Made by a program: the position numbers and the translations under genes
Notes under the pieces: model-generated
Database searches by the model: none
Told to the model about the DNA's origin: nothing
Seen by the model: the letters and a program-made list of their open reading frames with translations, nothing else
Assembly: GCA_004764695.1 (NCBI GenBank)
Contig: SMSO01000008.1
Coordinates: 124,001-188,000 of the forward strand
Source of the DNA: Schizochytrium sp. TIO01
Lineage: Eukaryota > Protista > Bigyra: Labyrinthulomycetes
Direction: 5' to 3'
Length of the DNA stretch: 64,000 bases
Shown here: one piece after another, positions 59,331 to 64,000 of the stretch
How positions within the stretch are numbered: position 1 is the stretch's first letter
Layout of the letters: every line of letters starts with the position of its first letter

Positions 59331-59607
59331 TCCATTCGCTTTGATGTGAATTGTCGCCGAGTTTGCTCCTTCAAATATACTTGCGGTGTTTCTTATTTTT
59401 CTACTTTTTTTTGTGTTGCGGCTTAAGCTGCGAGGAGTCAGGCGATAATTTCCAATGCGAGTGTTAGTTAGGCCTGTGGGTTGCTCAAATATGCTGCTGT
59501 TCTTACGAAAGCTTTAGAGCTTACTAGTATGTAACCTCCAAAATAGTATTCTTCCATATAAATGATATGTTATAATTATTTATGTCTTTGTTAGGTTAAA
59601 AAATGGC

Positions 59608-60255
59608 ATGACCAAGGAACCACCAAGCTCCAAACGCTACAAGCGAAGCAAATTTACAATACAAGCCAGGAAAGCACTTCAACCAGAAGCTTGGCGCCTC
59701 CAAAAATTCTCTTTGGGTGCTTCCTGGAGACAATCGCATATACGCAAGTGACGACATAGAGCACAGCTGCGATTTGTTCCGGCGACAGCGAGCAACGCAG
59801 CACTGACCGTACCAGTATCCACGCCAGAGTGTCCTCTGTTGAGCAAAAAGAGAATTTCAAATACCAGGTTGGTGACCTCCACCGTACCTGTCCAGACGCC
59901 TCCGCCGTCTACAAAGACATCGGTAGCGTGGTCAACTTCAAAGGGCCGGGCGTGCACACCCTACTGGACATGAGAGACGAGTCGTCCAAGTTGTGGTCAT
60001 GCACAGCGACCAACTTGGGCGAATCACAGTTTCTCTCCTTGAGCATCTTCTCGAAAGAAACATGTCAAACTCGTGGTACACGACCAAGATGCACATACAG
60101 GGAACTCCGACTTCACAAAAGGCCTCCTTTGCATCGTCCCCGTCTTTGTGGCGTCGCATCATGGGAAACGAGCAGCGCAAAATAGACGGCGACGATGCAG
60201 CGGGGAAGAAAAGCGTGTGCGTAAAGGTACACAAGACTATCAAGAAAGAGTATAA
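59608..60255 (+). pseudogene. tnpA: IS607-type TnpA serine recombinase (frameshifted)
   Basis: IHARVSSVEQKENFKYQVGDL, YKDIGSVVNFKGPGVHTLLD, VVQVVVMHSDQLGRI, LLCIVPVFVASHHGKRAAQNR, spread over three frames. Confidence 0.88.
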
Positions 60256-61411
60256 CTTTGTTCGTGCTAGGAATATTCGTGGCTCTCCAACGAAAGCGTC
60301 ACCTTAAAAAATAGGTTGGCGTTACCAGAAGAGCTTACAACATTGGTGTTGCCTTTTACTATGATTTTTTTCAAAGAAAACGCAAAGCCATGGCCCCGCA
60401 TTGAGATGCATACATTAAAAGCATCCTAAAACGAAACAAGTCCTGAAAGACGGAGAAGGCAATCCTAAAATGTTCAGCGATAGCTATGGAGAAAAGAAAG
60501 CAGTGTACCTTACGGATGTGCTTGATTGGGTCTTCGAAGTACCACAATCTGTGCACAATTCAGGAATCGATTTTTTCAAAGCTCTCGATGCTGGTCGAGC
60601 CAAAATTAAGAAATTCGTCAACGCCTAAAAAAACTTGGCGTTCGCTCGTCTTACAAGTTTCATACAAACGCAACAAAACCCAGATTTTCGAGGTCAAGTC
60701 ATGAGAGTGGAACAGAAGGAAAGACAAAGCCCACTCCTTCTCAACAGGTTTCATACCCATAAGGAAAACGTCCCTGGCCAAGTAACCAGTGCCAAGCGTA
60801 CGCAAATGCATCGCCTTGGTCATGTTTACTTCTACTTTTGCATGCAGAAAAAGAACGCCCGGAAATCTGGATACCCGGTACCATTGGACCCATGAGTGCA
60901 TTCATTTCAGACCATGTATGACGCCGATAGCCAAGCTATTGAGTGAGACCCAGGGGGGGGGGGGGCAAAAATAGCAGATTCTTACTCTATTGCCACGCTG
61001 ATAAAATCTAAAGAAAACTGGCCCGAAAGAAAAAAGGTAAAACTTTCAAGACGTGCATACCTACTCCACTCCTCAAAATTTTGAAGAAGGATACCGAGGT
61101 TCTCTGCAAGCTTGCACTTTGGCTCTGTGAAACCTATCAAGTATTCCTTTTGCCTAAATTGAAACCTCTACAAGTTAACACGACGGATCAAAAGCAAGAC
61201 AGTTCGAATTATGTGTCGTTAGGGCCACTTTAGCTTGCGTCAAGCGCTCATTCACAAAGGCGAGGTCCCCCTCTGGCGTAAACTTGTTATTTGCCAAGAG
61301 GATTCCACGATTACAACATTGAAATGCCCAAAATGCAATCACGAAGTCGATCGTGACATTCACGCCGCCAGAGGCATCCTTTTGCGCTACCTATCCAAGG
61401 ACATTATTTGA
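60250..61411 (+). pseudogene. tnpB: TnpB/Fanzor2 RNA-guided nuclease (disrupted)
   Basis: VRARNIR..PTK helix start; WVFEVP..DFFKA; RuvC-I LDP*VHSFQTMYD (from 60884); KLALWLCETYQVFLLPK; RRIKSKTVRIM; LRQALIHK; CPKC zinc finger; RuvC-III VDRDIHAARGILLRYL (DRD at 61349-61357); stop at 61409-61411. Confidence 0.88.
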
Positions 61412-61637
61412 AATTTGCCTTTGAACTGCATGTAAGTTTTAAATCCGCGATTGGGTCTTTAGCCCCGCGTCACCATGGGAAATTCAAGTTTTGCAAATTT
61501 TAAAGGTTAATTACTAAGTGTAAATTTTAAAAATATATATAAAAGCAAAAAAACAGAAAAACAGAAAAACCGGAAACAGAAAAACAGAAACAAAGAGGCA
61601 ATCATCACTGCTGGTCCTGGAGAAAAAGACTGCCGCG

Positions 61638-63002
61638 ATGACAGAACCACCCACACATACAGACGCAACGGGCGCTTCTACGAGCCCAGTTGCGCCTCCG
61701 GTTCCACCACCTTCACCCTCCTTCACTTTATCCAAACAAGAGCATTCAACAAGTAGGACAGCAGCTGAAGGCAGCATTCTCGCGGCCATATCGGCAAGTT
61801 TTGACTCCCCAACTCCAAGGTTAGCCAAAGCAATTGCAAAGCCTTCCACCATTCCTCAAGCTGGCCAAGGTCTATTTGCTGGAAAGCAACTCCGAAAAGA
61901 TGAACTTGTGGCAGAATATTCTGGCAGAGTCCTTACTCTAGCACAGGCCAAGGTACTACGTAACCGAATGTATCTCAAGGCTGTGACCTTAAATCGGCAC
62001 ATTGACGCGGCTGGCCCGGAAGGATCTATTGCTAAATACATTAATGATCACGTTGATAAAACTCGCCACAATGTTAAGTTTGCAAAGCAAGGGAATCAGA
62101 TTTTCGTGCGTGCAATGAGAGATATTGAACCCGGCGAGGAGCTATTTGTGGATTATGGCCGAGGGCACTGGCTTTTCTGTGGCAGTGCAGCCTTTCTAGG
62201 CTTAAATATAGTCGAGGGTGATGAAAGATTTCCTTCAAAGCGCGTACTAAAGGCTGCGAACGGTTTTGGGTCACACGAAGTAATATGCTGTCTAAGCTCC
62301 TCAGCTATGGCCGATGTAGATGGTTTAAGTAGTGCCGTTGTGTATGCCTCTTCGGTAGGGTCTGACATGGACCGACTGGATGCTAACTGTCGACTCAAGC
62401 CAAGCCCATTTGTCCACAAAACCACAATGGTTACCTCTTTGCGTCCTATATCCCCTGGCGAAGCCATTATCGTTCGAGCACAAGATCGATTAGGAGTTGG
62501 GGTGTCCATGATCGGTGCAAAAGGAATGGGAGCGTTTGCACGGGAGGAGCTCTTACCAGGCCAAATCCTGGGTACCCTCCAGGGAAATAAGCTTGTTGGG
62601 AAAACTGCGCTTCGCGTGCTGCTCGAGGAAAAACCTAGTGCGGCGCCATGCATATTCACATTGATCCCGCTATGCGACAACGAAGTTCTGGATAGCTTTT
62701 CTTTAGAGGATGAAAACGACCATGAAGACGAAAATAGCCCCACTGATGACAGCCATGGAAAGAAGCAGACTTGCTTTTTTATGGATCCGACCGATCCTCA
62801 GGGGCGCCTTAAACCATTTGAAACTCCTCATGTATGCTTCATTGCTCGCCATCCTGAAAATGCCGCAGTGAATTGCGACATGCAGCGCGCATCTCCAAAC
62901 AGTGATGATATTTTTATTGTCGTGACTAAACGCATTGCCTCTGGGGAAGAAGCCTTTTTACCAGCCAAGACACATCCATGCCTTGAATTGCAGTCTGCTT
63001 AA
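61638..63002 (+). CDS. SET-domain protein with one canonical and two degenerate SET-like repeats
   Basis: STIPQAGQGLFA..EYSG..AKYIND..RDIEPGEELFVDYG, then RPISPGEAI, then KGMGAFAREE..KRIASGEEAF. Confidence 0.85.
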   Translation: MTEPPTHTDATGASTSPVAPPVPPPSPSFTLSKQEHSTSRTAAEGSILAAISASFDSPTPRLAKAIAKPSTIPQAGQGLFAGKQLRKDELVAEYSGRVLTLAQAKVLRNRMYLKAVTLNRHIDAAGPEGSIAKYINDHVDKTRHNVKFAKQGNQIFVRAMRDIEPGEELFVDYGRGHWLFCGSAAFLGLNIVEGDERFPSKRVLKAANGFGSHEVICCLSSSAMADVDGLSSAVVYASSVGSDMDRLDANCRLKPSPFVHKTTMVTSLRPISPGEAIIVRAQDRLGVGVSMIGAKGMGAFAREELLPGQILGTLQGNKLVGKTALRVLLEEKPSAAPCIFTLIPLCDNEVLDSFSLEDENDHEDENSPTDDSHGKKQTCFFMDPTDPQGRLKPFETPHVCFIARHPENAAVNCDMQRASPNSDDIFIVVTKRIASGEEAFLPAKTHPCLELQSA

Positions 63003-63812
63003 ATACTTACCCACATAATTCCTTAGAATCGTGCATGACATTCCGCAAACCTTTTAGTCTTTACCTTGACGATGTATCATCTCGTTTGGTTTGGTATTAT
63101 TGGTTGTATTTGCGGGTTATGTATCCCTGGACAAGTGACCCCGATAACTTCGCCCAAGACATAGTATATCCCATTTATGTAAAATCAAGAAAGAATATAA
63201 AGAATTTAATCATCTAATCATTCTGACTGGTTCTGCGTTTTAGTTTATTCTCAACAATATATCATTGCAACAACAAAAAACCGTCTTTAAACTGGCTATC
63301 GGAGAATACTGGCAGTCAACTTGAAGTCCCAGTAAGTTATTAACGTCCGCTAGCTCCGCTTTTGGGAAGCATTGCTGAGGTTATGCATGACAAGTGTGAA
63401 GGGAAGTGAGTTTCTGCACAGAACATCAAGATGCAATTTGGACAGGAAGAAGTAATGTCTCAAGTTTAACTTGAGCTGTACTAGCGCGTCTTATATACAT
63501 GCCTTGGATTTGATTCTTTATAGATCTACCAAAGAACCATTGTCATGCATGAGAACACTTCAAGTTGTCTTACTTTAGAGAAGAAGGGTTTTGATTTTCA
63601 AAGTTTTTTGTTTTTTTGTTTATCAAGAGGATCAAGCGAAAAACTAGTGAGGAGTTGTCTAGCATATTTTTATAAAGATGGAAGATAGCTCTTCGTAATA
63701 GGGGTACTGGTTTGAAAGTAAGGGAATAGAGACCTGTCGAGTCAGATGCTGTGCGGTAAGTCAAAATTCCGAATCGAGGAAAATGATTCAAGAATGTTTA
63801 TTAGTGCTTTAT

Positions 63813-64000
63813 CTAGAAGAGATTCTTCGATTTTTTCATGTTGTCTCGTTTCCATTTTGGTTGAGAGTTGAATGAGGCCCGGGGCATGCCGAAGACCTTC
63901 TGAAATTCATCATCTCGTAGGTATTCCTCTAGCCGTCGGGGATCCATATCTGGTACACTGCGGTTCACAACCTCGTCCATAGTATACATGGGAGAAGGCG
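63813..64000 (-). CDS. 3' end of a villin-headpiece (VHP) domain protein, partial (absent from the ORF track)
   Basis: Manual translation: DPRRLEEYLRDDEFQKVFGMPRASFNSQPKWKRDNMKKSKNLF*. Confidence 0.92.
   Translation of the reverse strand, partial: PSPMYTMDEVVNRSVPDMDPRRLEEYLRDDEFQKVFGMPRASFNSQPKWKRDNMKKSKNLF

Larger units (their letters stand above)
59502..61520 (+). mobile_element. IS607-family element (TnpA serine recombinase + TnpB/Fanzor2), near full length but decayed, copy D
   Basis: tnpA and tnpB relics in tandem (see the two features below); left and right ends shared with copies A-C. Confidence 0.88.

Overview
Eukaryotic genomic window with essentially intronless genes and (TTTC)n microsatellites; the gene style is compatible with a thraustochytrid/labyrinthulomycete-like protist (inference). 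There are three zones. (1) 1 to ~18.1 kb: a tightly packed block of giant-virus-like genes, most likely an endogenous viral element. It contains three proteins resembling conserved Nucleocytoviricota families, an HNH nuclease, a GT25 glycosyltransferase, an ADAL-type deaminase and several membrane ORFans. Two of its genes, plus a P-loop relic at its edge, carry single in-frame stops, and a candidate structured RNA sits at the right boundary. (2) ~18.2-31 kb: AT-rich region of decayed repeats. (3) 32-64 kb: host genes (myotubularin, BUD13, RPL10A, an ADF-H/Ubl/WH2 kinase, a multi-SET protein, the end of a villin-headpiece protein) and six intron-containing tRNA-Ser(GCT) genes. The main hidden signal, which the ORF track misses, is a family of four IS607-type elements. 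One is a near-complete but decayed copy (TnpA serine recombinase + TnpB/Fanzor2). Three are ~0.9-kb non-autonomous derivatives that share the same internal deletion and keep the putative omegaRNA right end; two of these point directly into tRNA-Ser genes. Family assignments come from motif recognition by eye, not from database searches.
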